64,000 nt of DNA. It comes from Acidobacteriota bacterium. GTDB lineage: Bacteria; Acidobacteriota; Thermoanaerobaculia; Multivoradales; UBA5704. The notes under the pieces are model-generated. The model ran no database searches, was not told the origin of the DNA, and saw nothing but the letters and a program-made list of their open reading frames with translations. How positions within the stretch are numbered: the stretch's first letter is position 1; every line of letters begins with the position of its first letter. The position numbers were made by a program, and so were the translations under genes. Location: positions 33,624 through 97,623 of the forward strand of contig JBDTZG010000017.1 in assembly GCA_040005235.1 (NCBI GenBank). Direction: 5' to 3'. Shown here piece after piece: positions 9,674 to 19,623 of this stretch.

Positions 9674-12414
9674 TCCGCCGGCCGATTCTCCTGGCCGCGG
9701 CGATCGCCGCGCTCGGCTGCTCCCGGCCGCCGTCGCCTTTGGCGGTCGAATACGCCGGTTGCTCCGAGGTCCTGCGCCAAGGGCCGACCTGCCTGCTCGA
9801 AGCGGGCAAAAAGGGGGCCTCCCCGCTCCTCACGATCTGGGTGCCGCTCGCGGCAGCGAATACCCCCACCGAAATCCGGATCGACGACCGGCCCGTTGCG
9901 GCGGAGGCTATGCCGGCTCGCGAGGGACACCGCTATTCGATCGAGGTCCCGCTCTCCTCACATCACCTAGAGGTCCGGCAGAAAAACCCCAAGGATACGA
10001 GCACCTGGTCGCTCGCACTCGCGCCGTTTCCGACGGAGCCGGCATGGTTCACCAACGCCCTTGAGCTCGCGCGCTCCGGAGAGCCGCAACCGACCGACCA
10101 AGCCCGGAAGATTCTTACCCGCCACCTCCCTACCATCTCCAACGCTGCGCTTCGCGCCCGCCTCTTTTGGATCCTCGCCCGCACTGCCCCCGTGCGCAAC
10201 GCAGCGGACTTCAGGCGCGAGCTGGTGGCTCGCCAAAAAGCCGGCCATCTCCTCGGTGAGGCAACGGCCACCACAGGGTTGGCCCACCAACTCGCCGAGG
10301 ACGAGCAGCTCGCCGAGGCATCCAAAGTCCTCGACGATTTGGTCCTTTCCCCCGCGCCTCCCGCCGAAGCGGCCTACTTTGTCGCCTATGAACGCGGCCT
10401 GGTGGCGCGCCTTTCGGGTGAACCGCGGCAAGCCCTGCGGATGTTCGAAGCCGCGGCGACCGAGGCCGATCGGCTGGGTCTCGCCGCCAATCACGCCTAC
10501 GTGGAGCAGCAGATGGCGTCCCTCTTTCTCGATCTCGGACGGTTCAAGGAGGCGGATGCCCGTTTCGCGGCGAACGCCGGGGCGCCCGGGGCCCCGAAGC
10601 TCGATCAGGAATGCGCCGCAGCGCAGCTGGACGCCAACCTCGGCTGGACCCGTCTGCTCGCCCGCGAGGCGGGCCTTGACGTGGGCGATCCGCTGCCTGC
10701 GCTCAAGGCAGCGCGCGATGCTTTCGACCGACTCACAGGATGCGGCGCGTCGCACCAGCGGGGCAACGCGCAGCTCAATTTCGCGCTCGCCGATCTCCAA
10801 GCCGGCAGGCTCGACGACGCGGAGGCGGCACTCAAAAAAGCCCGCGCCCTCGCGACCACCCTGATCGCCGAGGAGCGGCTTTGGCAGAGCGAGATCGAAG
10901 CGCGGCTGGCGCTCGCCCGCAAGCGGCCGCGCGAGGCGCTCAAAATCTGGCAACTCTTGGAGGCCAACGCACGGAGCTCCAACTCGCTTGAAGATCTCTG
11001 GCTCGCGCTCACCGGCCGCGCTCGGACGGAGCGCGCTCTCGACGAACCCGACTCGGCCCTGCGCACGCTCGGCGAGGCGGAGGATCTCCTGGACCGCCAG
11101 GCGGCGACCGCTCAACGGTCCAGCCGAGCGCGTTTCGTGGCGCAGCGCGAGGCGAGCGCCCGGTTGCGCATCGAGCTGCTGCTTGAGAAGGGGCGACTGG
11201 CCGAGGCGCTTTCCGCCGCCCGCCGTTCCCGCGCCCGGGTACTGCGCCAGATCGAAACCGAAGGCCGGATCGAACGGCTCGCCGGACCGGAGCGCGAGCG
11301 ATGGCAAGAGGCGGTTGGAGGCTTTCGCGCCGCGCGCCGGGACTGCGACGAGAAAGCCGCCAACGATTGGGCGGCACCGGAGGACCGCCTGAAGATGATC
11401 CGCTCGGAGCGCGAGTCGCACTGCACGCAGGCCGAAGAGGATCTCGAAGCGGCGGTCGCCCATCTGGGCTTGAGCGCCACGACCGGCGCCTCCGAGAGCT
11501 TCCGGCCGCCCATCTCGGGCGAGTTGCTGCTCGCGTTCCATCCGTTGGATGACGGCTGGGTGGCGTTCGCGGAGGAAGGGACTGAAATATCCTTCCATCG
11601 CTTCGAGCTACCCTCCAGCGCGCTCGGCAATCCCAAAGATCTCGCCGCGCGGCTCTTCACGCCGTTCGCCGACGAGATCCGGCGCGCCCGGCGGATTCGC
11701 CTGCTCCCCTACGGCTCTTTGCGCGAGGTGGATCTGCACGCCCTGCCGTTCGACGGCGCGCCGCTGCTCACGGGCCGGCCGGTGGTCTACGGTCTCGATC
11801 TGGTGAATCGGCCAGCCGTCGAAGCGTCCACGGAGACGAAACCCACCGCCCTGGTGATCGGCGACCCGCGTGGCGATCTCCCTTTGTCCCGCAAAGAAGT
11901 GGCAGGAGTGGGAAGCGCACTGGCGGACGGCGGCTGGCAGGTCGACACGGAAAGCGGTGACGACGCCACGGTCAACCGGCTTCTCGAAGCGCTGCCGCGG
12001 ATCTCGCTGCTCCATTTCGCCGGCCACGGGGTCGCGGGGAGCGCGGACGGCGGCGGCGAGCTGTTGTTGGGCGGCGAGGAGCGCCTGCTCGCGACCGAGA
12101 TTCTGAACCTCAGCCGGGTGCCCGCACAGATCGTTCTTTCCGGCTGCGAAACCGGCCGCGCCGATCCAGGCGCCGCGGTCGAGGGGCTGGGCCTCGCCCA
12201 GGCGTTTCTGCTCCGCGGCGCCTCCCAGGTGGTCGCCGCGATCCGCACCGTCCCCGACGAAGACGCCGCCGCGCTGTTCGAGGCGTTCTACCGGCCGCCG
12301 CCGCGCGGCGCCTCCGATCTCGATCTCGCGAAGCGCCTCGTCCGGGCGCAGGCCGACGCGCTGCGTAAGAACCCGAAGAGCGCCGCGGTGAGCTTCCGCG
12401 TCTTCGAGCCCTGA
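9670..12414 (+). CDS. Lipoprotein TPR-CHAT (caspase-like) protease
   Basis: GTGA overlap with the upstream stop. Lipoprotein signal MIRRPILLAAAIAALGC, TPR-like helices and an intact His-Cys dyad (LLHFAGHG, VLSGCETG). Confidence 0.88.
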   Translation: MIRRPILLAAAIAALGCSRPPSPLAVEYAGCSEVLRQGPTCLLEAGKKGASPLLTIWVPLAAANTPTEIRIDDRPVAAEAMPAREGHRYSIEVPLSSHHLEVRQKNPKDTSTWSLALAPFPTEPAWFTNALELARSGEPQPTDQARKILTRHLPTISNAALRARLFWILARTAPVRNAADFRRELVARQKAGHLLGEATATTGLAHQLAEDEQLAEASKVLDDLVLSPAPPAEAAYFVAYERGLVARLSGEPRQALRMFEAAATEADRLGLAANHAYVEQQMASLFLDLGRFKEADARFAANAGAPGAPKLDQECAAAQLDANLGWTRLLAREAGLDVGDPLPALKAARDAFDRLTGCGASHQRGNAQLNFALADLQAGRLDDAEAALKKARALATTLIAEERLWQSEIEARLALARKRPREALKIWQLLEANARSSNSLEDLWLALTGRARTERALDEPDSALRTLGEAEDLLDRQAATAQRSSRARFVAQREASARLRIELLLEKGRLAEALSAARRSRARVLRQIETEGRIERLAGPERERWQEAVGGFRAARRDCDEKAANDWAAPEDRLKMIRSERESHCTQAEEDLEAAVAHLGLSATTGASESFRPPISGELLLAFHPLDDGWVAFAEEGTEISFHRFELPSSALGNPKDLAARLFTPFADEIRRARRIRLLPYGSLREVDLHALPFDGAPLLTGRPVVYGLDLVNRPAVEASTETKPTALVIGDPRGDLPLSRKEVAGVGSALADGGWQVDTESGDDATVNRLLEALPRISLLHFAGHGVAGSADGGGELLLGGEERLLATEILNLSRVPAQIVLSGCETGRADPGAAVEGLGLAQAFLLRGASQVVAAIRTVPDEDAAALFEAFYRPPPRGASDLDLAKRLVRAQADALRKNPKSAAVSFRVFEP

Positions 12415-12433
12415 ACGGCTTTTTTCTACCCCG

Positions 12434-12463
12434 GTCAGAAACGAGCCCGGCCCGGCGAAGACC
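12434..12463 (+). promoter_or_regulatory. Putative ECF promoter, copy 2 (GTCAGAAACG-N12-CGAAGACC)
   Basis: Intergenic and upstream of subtilase 1. Matches 8714 and 25722. Confidence 0.65.
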
Positions 12464-12520
12464 TCTGCCGTGCGCCCCTCCTTAAACCCAAGCGCCTTTC
12501 TTGTTTCGGGGAGCCAGATC

Positions 12521-14527
12521 ATGTTCGGTCGGTTTCAACAGCCATTCGCGTTTCGATGCCTCGCCGCCGGCCTTGTCCTCATCCTCGCCTCGGCCTTGGC
12601 ATCGGGGGAGTTGCAGGCCGCCAAGATCTCCTTCCGCCCCTCCAACTACGGCCTCCCCCCGGGAGGTTGCTCCGACCGGTACTGGGTGGCGCTCGCCGAC
12701 GGAGCGGGTCTGCCGGCTTCGGTCTGCCCGACCGTCGAAGGTTGGAGAAAGGAATTTCTGTTCAACGCAAACCTCAGAAATCTCAACGGACCGCGCTTTT
12801 GCCGCTATTTCTGGAATCCACCGATCTCCAAGACCGAAAGAGGCGAACCGGGTATGCCGCCTCTCCTCTTGGCCGACATCGCGAGGTTGCAGGCCACGGA
12901 GCATCTCCACGGCACGGTCCGCCGCTGCGGCGTCCTCGGAGCTTCCGGCACGACGCTCGCCGAGCGCAATCAGGAAGTGATGTTTCGCGAGTTTCGGTTC
13001 CAGACGGGAGATACGGACCTGCCCTTTCTGACCGCGTCGTCCGATGTCCGGTTGGCCGTCCTCGACACCTATCCGACCGGGGATTTCCCGGCTAAGGAAA
13101 AGGACCCGGTCGTCTGCAAGACCGGCCACGGCTTCGCGATCGCCCACCTCATCGAGGAGTTGATCTGCGACGGCAGCGGGGGCGAATTCAAGGAATGCGC
13201 CGCGGCGATGACCGGCCGTCTCGCCCTACCGCTCGGCGGGCCGGGGTCCGGATCGCTCGATCAGCCCGATCCTCCGATCGGGTCGGGTTGCGGCGGATAC
13301 GGCAGCCCGCTCGATCTCGCGCTCGCAATCCGGGACGAGGTCGCGGCATGGAAGAAGTCCGGCATCCGGCATCTGGTGCTCAATCTTTCGGTCGGTTGGG
13401 ATTCAAACCTGCTGCACAAAGGCCTCGGTGCGGAAGCCGCCGATGGTCTGAACGCCGAGGAGCTGAGCGTCTACGCGGCGCTCCGAAACGCCGCGGCCCA
13501 AGGCGCTCTTTCCATCGCCGCCACCGGGAACGGCCAGGGGGTGGCGCTGTCGGAAACCGGCCCGCTGCTCCCCGCCGGCTGGTACGCCAAACCGCCGACC
13601 ATCGCGCTGCTGGCGCCGGTTCCCTTGACGACGATCGACCCGGTGGTCTGGCCGATCGGGGCGACCGATCGCAACGGCCAACCGCTGGGCAATGCGCGAC
13701 CGGGCGCCGAGCCGCCGCTGGTGGCTTACGGCGATCACGCGACGGTCAAACTACTCGGCGACGGCTGGACCGACCCGCTCACCGGCAGCTCGGTGGGAGC
13801 CGCGGTCGCTTCGTCGCTCGCCGCCCTCGCTTGGCGCTTTCAGCCGGCGCTCGAACGCCAGGAAGTCATGGAGATGCTGGCGGCCTCCGCCACCCCCCTG
13901 GTGCGAGACGCCGCCTATCACCGCAACCCGAGCCAGAGTCCGCCCAGGGTTCGGAGGCTGTCGGTCAACGCCCTCTTGAGCCGCGCCTGGAGCCCACCGA
14001 AAGTGCTCGCCACTCCTCCCACCTCAGGCCAGACGACGGTCGACTGCGCGGGCGGAAGCTGGATCCCCACGACCGCCGGGCCTAAGCTCTATAGCTGCCC
14101 GGGAACCGCCGTTCCTGCCCAAGCCTCGGCCATGCCACTGCTGACGCCGCTCGGCGCGGTGCCCTGGGTACAAACCCAACCGGGAGCCAACGCCTGCCCC
14201 AGCTGCTCGCTCGGAGGCGGCGGCGGCGGGATGCTGCGCGGAATCCAGACGCCGAAACAGATCGACCTGCGACTCGAAATCCCACCGGACTGGAACCCCC
14301 AGCTCCAGCTCACCGATCTCTGGATCGAGGCTTCGGATGCTCAAGGAGCCAAGACAACCGTCTGGATCGGCAAGCCGGCTAAGCTGCTCGCCCCGAACGA
14401 CTCGATCCAAGTCCAGAGCCTCCCCTTCCCGCGCGACCTCCGAGCGGCCGTCCTGTCCGCCCGGGTCAAAGTCGGGCCAAAGGATTACTCGCTGCGCATG
14501 CCGATCTACGTCGACCCGGGGGAATAG
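12521..14527 (+). CDS. Secreted divergent S8 (subtilase-like) peptidase, paralog 1
   Basis: Signal peptide. LAVLDT (Asp), GHGFAIA (His), VLNLSVGW, AATGN (oxyanion Asn) and TGSSVGAAVAS (Ser). SD GGGGAG before ATG 12521. Confidence 0.72.
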   Translation: MFGRFQQPFAFRCLAAGLVLILASALASGELQAAKISFRPSNYGLPPGGCSDRYWVALADGAGLPASVCPTVEGWRKEFLFNANLRNLNGPRFCRYFWNPPISKTERGEPGMPPLLLADIARLQATEHLHGTVRRCGVLGASGTTLAERNQEVMFREFRFQTGDTDLPFLTASSDVRLAVLDTYPTGDFPAKEKDPVVCKTGHGFAIAHLIEELICDGSGGEFKECAAAMTGRLALPLGGPGSGSLDQPDPPIGSGCGGYGSPLDLALAIRDEVAAWKKSGIRHLVLNLSVGWDSNLLHKGLGAEAADGLNAEELSVYAALRNAAAQGALSIAATGNGQGVALSETGPLLPAGWYAKPPTIALLAPVPLTTIDPVVWPIGATDRNGQPLGNARPGAEPPLVAYGDHATVKLLGDGWTDPLTGSSVGAAVASSLAALAWRFQPALERQEVMEMLAASATPLVRDAAYHRNPSQSPPRVRRLSVNALLSRAWSPPKVLATPPTSGQTTVDCAGGSWIPTTAGPKLYSCPGTAVPAQASAMPLLTPLGAVPWVQTQPGANACPSCSLGGGGGGMLRGIQTPKQIDLRLEIPPDWNPQLQLTDLWIEASDAQGAKTTVWIGKPAKLLAPNDSIQVQSLPFPRDLRAAVLSARVKVGPKDYSLRMPIYVDPGE

Positions 14528-14645
14528 AGGGCGCGGATGATCCCGTGGGGGCCGTCGACGACCTGGATGCCTCAGACAGGGCTCAGAACCGAGGCGGCCC
14601 AAAACATGCCCGTTTCGGGTATAGTTTCCGGAGACGACTTCGACG

Positions 14646-15020
14646 ATGAGCATCTTAAAGCGCAAGGACTTCGCCCGGTGGCAGGCAGGCGAGAAGCTTC
14701 CGGATACCTCCTTATGCAAGGCCGTCGAGGAGATGGAAAGCGGCCTGATCGACGCTGACCTGGGCGGCTACCTCTACAAGAAGCGCGTGGCTCGCCCCGG
14801 CGCAGGTAAGAGCGGTGGTTATCGGACGGTGCTCTCAGCCCGGATCGGTAACCGCTACGTGTTCCTCCACGGCTTTGCGAAGAGCGACAAGGCCAACATC
14901 ACGCCCGACGAGAAGAAGGCCCTGAAGTTCGCCGGCAAGGTGTTTCTGGATCTCCCGCCTACAGACCTGGCGAAGGCAGTAAAGGCGGGCGTATTAATGG
15001 AGGTGCATTGTGTCCAGTAA
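14646..15020 (+). CDS. Type II TA toxin, RelE/ParE (HigB-like) family
   Basis: DADLGGYLYKKRVARPGAGKSGGYRT...FLHGFAKSDKANI. Toxin-first order. Confidence 0.88.
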   Translation: MSILKRKDFARWQAGEKLPDTSLCKAVEEMESGLIDADLGGYLYKKRVARPGAGKSGGYRTVLSARIGNRYVFLHGFAKSDKANITPDEKKALKFAGKVFLDLPPTDLAKAVKAGVLMEVHCVQ

Positions 15021-15315
15021 GCTGATTGAATCTTTGCGCGGCGACCTCGCCGAGCTGCAGAAGGCGGGCGTCATCAGTAAGGTGACGATGCGGCAGTTCG
15101 ACTCGATCTGCCCGCCACCAGTACGAGAGTTCAGCGCAGACGACATCAAACGACTGCGCGAGAGACTGCAATTCAGCCAACCGGTGTTCGCACACCTTTT
15201 GCACACGACGGCATCGACGGTGCGCAAGTGGGAACAGGGCGACACGAGGCCCGCCGGGCCAGCCCTGAAGCTGCTGAACGTCATCGCTGACAAGGGCCTG
15301 GAAGCCGTCTTGTAA
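15010..15315 (+). CDS. XRE-family HTH antitoxin (HigA-like)
   Basis: IKRLRERLQFSQPVFAHLL..TVRKWEQGDTRPAGPALKLL. Overlaps the toxin gene. Confidence 0.88.
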   Translation: MSSKLIESLRGDLAELQKAGVISKVTMRQFDSICPPPVREFSADDIKRLRERLQFSQPVFAHLLHTTASTVRKWEQGDTRPAGPALKLLNVIADKGLEAVL

Positions 15316-15416
15316 ACCGCAGCCGAGCCGCGGAACTACCTGCTGATAGACAGAGAGTGGCTCTGGGGCGCGGAACTCGCCCATCCGACGAAGGTGGCCG
15401 CAAGCGGGCGCATTGA

Positions 15417-15795
15417 GCGGCTAGCGAGCGCGGGATTCGGCTAGACAATGCGAACAGCGGCTAGCGAGCGCGGGATTCGGCTATCCAAGCGCGGATTCCA
15501 GCTAGCCAGCTCCGGCTGCGGCTATCCGGCTCCTATGACGGCTATCCAAGCGCGGACTTTGGCTCCCAAACACGGATGGCGGCTATCCACTTCTGCAGCC
15601 GGCTATCCAGCTCCGATCGCAGCGATCCAGCGCCCGATAGCGGCTGGCCACCTCGAATCGTAGCGATCCAGCGGCCGAGAGCGGGTATCCGTCGCGAATC
15701 GTAGCGATCCAGCGTCCGATAGCGGCTATCCACCTCCGATGGCGGCTCGTCGGCGAGTGAGATCGGCCCGCCGACGCCGATAGCGGTATCCGGTG
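15417..15795. repeat. Degenerate tandem array with a 20-21 bp period (core CGGCTATCC/AGCGATCC)
   Basis: Core recurs near 15418, 15438, 15458, 15478, 15499, 15519, 15539, 15580, 15600, 15620, 15641, 15661, 15682, 15702 and 15723. Confidence 0.75.
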
Positions 15796-15927
15796 GATAG
15801 AGCGGCTCGCCAGCCGAGGAGGAACGCGAGCGAAGCCGTAATCACGCGATCCGCGGCGGCCGGCGAAGTGCACGCTCGCTCGGACCTTTCGCCGCTTGGG
15901 CGAGCCGCTTGCGATCGCGATTGACGC

Positions 15928-16629
15928 TTATTCTGTCCGCGCTGCGGTTACCTCCAGCCGATAGCCAATGCCCGCGGCGGAGAGCAGATAGCGCGGCTCG
16001 GCCGGTTGGGTTTCGATCTTCTGGCGCAGGCGGTGGACCAGCTGCTTGAGCGCCTGGCGGTCGCCGGAGATCCGGTCGCCCCAGACGTGGCGTAGGAGGC
16101 GTTCGAAGGGGAGGTCACTGCCGGCGTTGGCTGCCAGCAGTTGGAGCAGACGAAATTCGAGCCGGGTGAGGCGCACCGGCTCGGCACCGGCCACCTGGAC
16201 GCTTTGGCCTTCGGCGTCGATCAGCAGTTCGCCTACCGATAGCGGCTGGGGGCGTTCGGCTACCCCTGAGCGGCGCAGCAGGGCGCGGACTCGGGCGAGT
16301 AGGGTGCGCGGGCTGAAGGGTTTGGCGAGGTAGTCGTCGGCGCCGAGGTCGAGGCCGCGCACCTGGTCTTCTTCCGTGCCTCGCACGGTGAGCATGACGA
16401 TCGGGATGGCCGAGGTTGCCGGGTTCGCGCGCATTCTTCGACAGACCTCGAAGCCGTCAAGGCGCGGCAGGTTGACGTCGAGCAGAACGAGGTCCGGCCG
16501 CTCGAACTCGGCCATCAAGAGCGCAGCGGCTCCATCCTCCGACTCGATCACGAAATAGCCGTCGCGGCGCAGGGTATAGCCGATCAGATCGCGCAGATCG
16601 GGATCGTCGTCGACCACCAGGATCTTCAT
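15928..16629 (-). CDS. OmpR/PhoB-family response regulator
   Basis: ILVVDDD, LLDVNLP, GADDYLAKPF and a winged-helix C-terminus (GIGYRL). Confidence 0.93.
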   Translation of the reverse strand: MKILVVDDDPDLRDLIGYTLRRDGYFVIESEDGAAALLMAEFERPDLVLLDVNLPRLDGFEVCRRMRANPATSAIPIVMLTVRGTEEDQVRGLDLGADDYLAKPFSPRTLLARVRALLRRSGVAERPQPLSVGELLIDAEGQSVQVAGAEPVRLTRLEFRLLQLLAANAGSDLPFERLLRHVWGDRISGDRQALKQLVHRLRQKIETQPAEPRYLLSAAGIGYRLEVTAARTE

Positions 16630-18630
16630 GCCGCGGCCCCTTCCCTACCGGGAGGTATGCCCGTCGCGATCGGCAGGGTAAATGAAAAGCGCGCCCCCCG
16701 TTCCCGCGAGATCGCCGCGACCTTGCCGCCGTGGCGTTCGACGATCGAGCGGACGATCCACAGGCCGAGCCCCATGCCGGTCTCCTCCGGTTCTCCCTGC
16801 GTTTCGGGCTCCGCTCCTGCCGTCGTCTGGCCGGGAAAGCGCCCGGGGATGCGAACGAAGCGGGCGAACAGATCGTCCGGCGATCCGGGCGGCAGGCCGG
16901 AGCCTTCGTCCTCTACCCAGAGGCGAAGCCGCTCTGGCTCGGTCTCCCCGCCGATCGTGATCGTCGAGCCCTCGGGGGCGAATTTCTGGGCGTTGGCGAG
17001 CAGGTTCACCATCACTTGGGTCAGGCGCTCGGCGTCGCCCTCGATCCGTGGCAGCGGAAAGGGCAGCTCGATCGACAGCCGCTGGCGCCGCCGTTCGAAC
17101 AGAGGCGCGGTCAGCTCCGCGGCCTGCTCGACCACCTCGTCGAGGGCGACGGGGCTCCGGCGGATGCCGTCCTCCCCCGCCTCGATGCGGACGCTTTCGA
17201 GCAGGTTGTCGATCAGCCGGGTGAGCCGCAGCGCCCCCCGTTCGAGCGACGCGGCGAGCTGCCGCGCCGGCTGGTCGCCAGCTCGTCCAGGCGCTCGCCG
17301 AGCAGCTCCAGCGAGGCGAGCTGCGCCGCGAGCGGCGTTTTGAATTCGTGGGAGACGTTGGCGAGCACAGCGTCGCGCAGCCGGCGCGAGGTCTCGTCCC
17401 CGGTTTCGTCGCGGATCACCTGAAACTGTTGCTCCTCGGCCAGCTCCGAGCTGGTGATGACAATCACCCGCTTGCCCCCGTTCCGGCGCAGCGACTCGGT
17501 CGCCCGCGCGCCGCCGCGGAACCGGGCGTGGATGATCGGGCAGTGCTCTTCGCACGGCCGGACGCCGTTTTCCCCGATCGGCAGGAGCACGTCGCCGCAG
17601 AAGCGGCCGATCGCCGCTTGAGGATCAACTCCGAGCAGCGCGGCGGCCTGCGGGTTCAGGTAGCGGATGCGCCGGTCGCGATCGACCGCGAACACCCCGT
17701 CGGCGATGCCGGTCAACACCGCTTCCGCCTCCGCCTGGCGGCGGCGCAGCTCGGCGGTGAGGTGGGAGAGCCGGCGACGCATTTCTTCCATGGTCGCGGC
17801 GAGCGTGCCGACCTCGGCGGTCTCCCCCCGCGCGGCCTCGGGAATCGGACTGGAAAAGTCGCCCCGGCCGATCCGCGTCGCGGCCCGATCAAGCGCCTGG
17901 ATCGGGCGGGCGATCCTGCGGCCCAGAAGGAGGCCGGAGAGCATCGCAAGCGCCGCGACGCCGAGCGCGAGCAGCAGGAAGCGCCTTTCGAGCTGATGCA
18001 GCGAGAGGGCGACCTCGCCGCGCGGCAGTGCGGTCTCAATCGTCGCGGCATGGCCGGCGGCGGCGAAGATCTGGCGCGAAACATAGCGCTCGCCGTCACG
18101 CACGGTGCCGTTGGCATCCGCCGGCCTCGCGGAGCGAAGTACAACCGGCAGACCCACCTGCGCGGCGATCCGGTCGGAAAACTTCGAGTCCAGGGCGAGA
18201 GCGGTGGCGACCGTAGCACCCGGCACGGCGACGATCGGCGCCGAACCGATCAACCGCAAGACCGCGGAGAGAGCACCGGCCCGGCCGAGGCGAACGGCTT
18301 TCCCCCGGCGATAACCGCGCAGGCGGTGAGGCCGCTCGTCGAGCGAAAGCGCTCCAGAAATACCGCGAGACCGGCGGCGTCCCCCTCGCGCAGCAGGCGC
18401 GCGGCGGTCGGCCGTTCGGCGAGCAGGCGGGCGGAGGTGCGGATGTCCTCGGCCGAGCGTTCGACCGCCTGGCGCGCGCTGATCCCCGCGAGCGCCACCC
18501 GGGCGAGCGCCTGTTCGTCCGCCAGCCGGTCGAGCAGGCGGACGGCGGCGAGCGCGATCGCCAGGACCGCGAGCAGGACGAGGATGGCGTTTCCGCCGAC
18601 GAGGAGAGTGCTGAGGCGAATCCGGCGCAT
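16626..18630 (-). pseudogene. Sensor histidine kinase (TM-HAMP-PAS-HisKA-HATPase) split by two frameshifts
   Basis: Three ORF pieces: N-terminal TM (18250-18630), HAMP/PAS/H-box SHEFKTPL (17213-18259) and HATPase NLLANAQKF/DEGSG/GLGL (16626 to about 17275). Frame breaks near 18270 and 17278. Confidence 0.75.
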
Positions 18631-18689
18631 GGGGTTTTGAGTTTCGGGCGCGGCTAAAGTCTATCGCGCCAAGGTCGGGCTTCTTTGCC

Positions 18690-18770
18690 CCTCAGCGTTT
18701 GGCCTCAGCGTTTTGGCCTCAGCGTTTGGCCTCAGCGTTTGGCCTCAGCGTTTGGCCTCAGCGTTTGGCC
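18690..18770. repeat. Six tandem copies of the 13-bp unit CTCAGCGTTTGGC
   Basis: Directly visible. The second copy has an extra T, and the last copy contains the cysW stop codon. Confidence 0.95.
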
Positions 18771-19606
18771 GCGCGCAGGCCGGCGCGCCACTCGATCAGG
18801 CTTTTGATCACTAGGGTGATCAGGGCGAGCAGGGTAAGCAGCGAGGCGACCGCGAACGCGGCCGAGAAGGCGTATTCGTTGTAGAGGATCTCGACGTGAA
18901 GCGGCAGCGTGTTGGTGAGCCCCCGGATGTGGCCGGAGACTACCGAGACCGCGCCGAACTCCCCCATCGCCCGGGCGTTGCAGAGGATCACGCCGTAGAG
19001 CAGCCCCCAGCGGATCTTCGGCAGGCTAATGCGGGTAAAGGTCTGCCAGCCCGAAGCGCCGAGCGTGAGCGCGGCTTCTTCTTCGGCGCTCCCCTGCGAT
19101 TGGAGCAGCGGCAGCAGCTCGCGCGCGATCATCGGCGCGGTGACGAAGATCGTCGCGAGCACGATGCCGGGAAGGGCGAAGATGATCTTCCAGTCGTGGT
19201 CGAACAGCCAGGGACCGAGCCAGCCGTGCAGGCCGAACAGCAGCACGAACATCATTCCCGCGATCACCGGCGAGACCGAAAACGGCACGTCGATCAGCGT
19301 GATCAGCAGGTTCTTTCCCGAGAAGCGAAACTTGGCGATCGCCCACGCCGCAGCGAGCCCGAACAGGAGGTTGATCGGCACCGCGAACGCCGCCGCGGAA
19401 AGCGTGAGGCGCACCGCAGAGAGCGCCTCCGGCGTCTGCACCGCGGCCCAGTAGACGGCGGTCCCCTCTTCGAACGCTTTGACGAATACGAGCGCGAGCG
19501 GCACGAGCAGGAACAGGCCGAGGAAGAGCAGCGCCGCGCCGATCAACAGGCGGCGGACCCACGGGCGCTCGGTGGTCGCGGGATGAGACGGTCGTTCTGA
19601 GGACAT
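18758..19606 (-). CDS. cysW: Sulfate ABC transporter permease CysW
   Basis: IDVPFSVSPVIAG, EEEAALTLGASGWQTF and ARAMGEFGAVSVVSGHIRG motifs. Confidence 0.93.
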   Translation of the reverse strand: MSSERPSHPATTERPWVRRLLIGAALLFLGLFLLVPLALVFVKAFEEGTAVYWAAVQTPEALSAVRLTLSAAAFAVPINLLFGLAAAWAIAKFRFSGKNLLITLIDVPFSVSPVIAGMMFVLLFGLHGWLGPWLFDHDWKIIFALPGIVLATIFVTAPMIARELLPLLQSQGSAEEEAALTLGASGWQTFTRISLPKIRWGLLYGVILCNARAMGEFGAVSVVSGHIRGLTNTLPLHVEILYNEYAFSAAFAVASLLTLLALITLVIKSLIEWRAGLRAAKR

Positions 19607-19623
19607 AAGAAGAGTCCGCCCCG

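Noticed and set aside
15417-15795. Periodic array as CRISPR or short ORFs
   Set aside because: The period of about 20 bp is too short for repeat plus spacer, and the mixed 20/21 spacing breaks reading frames.
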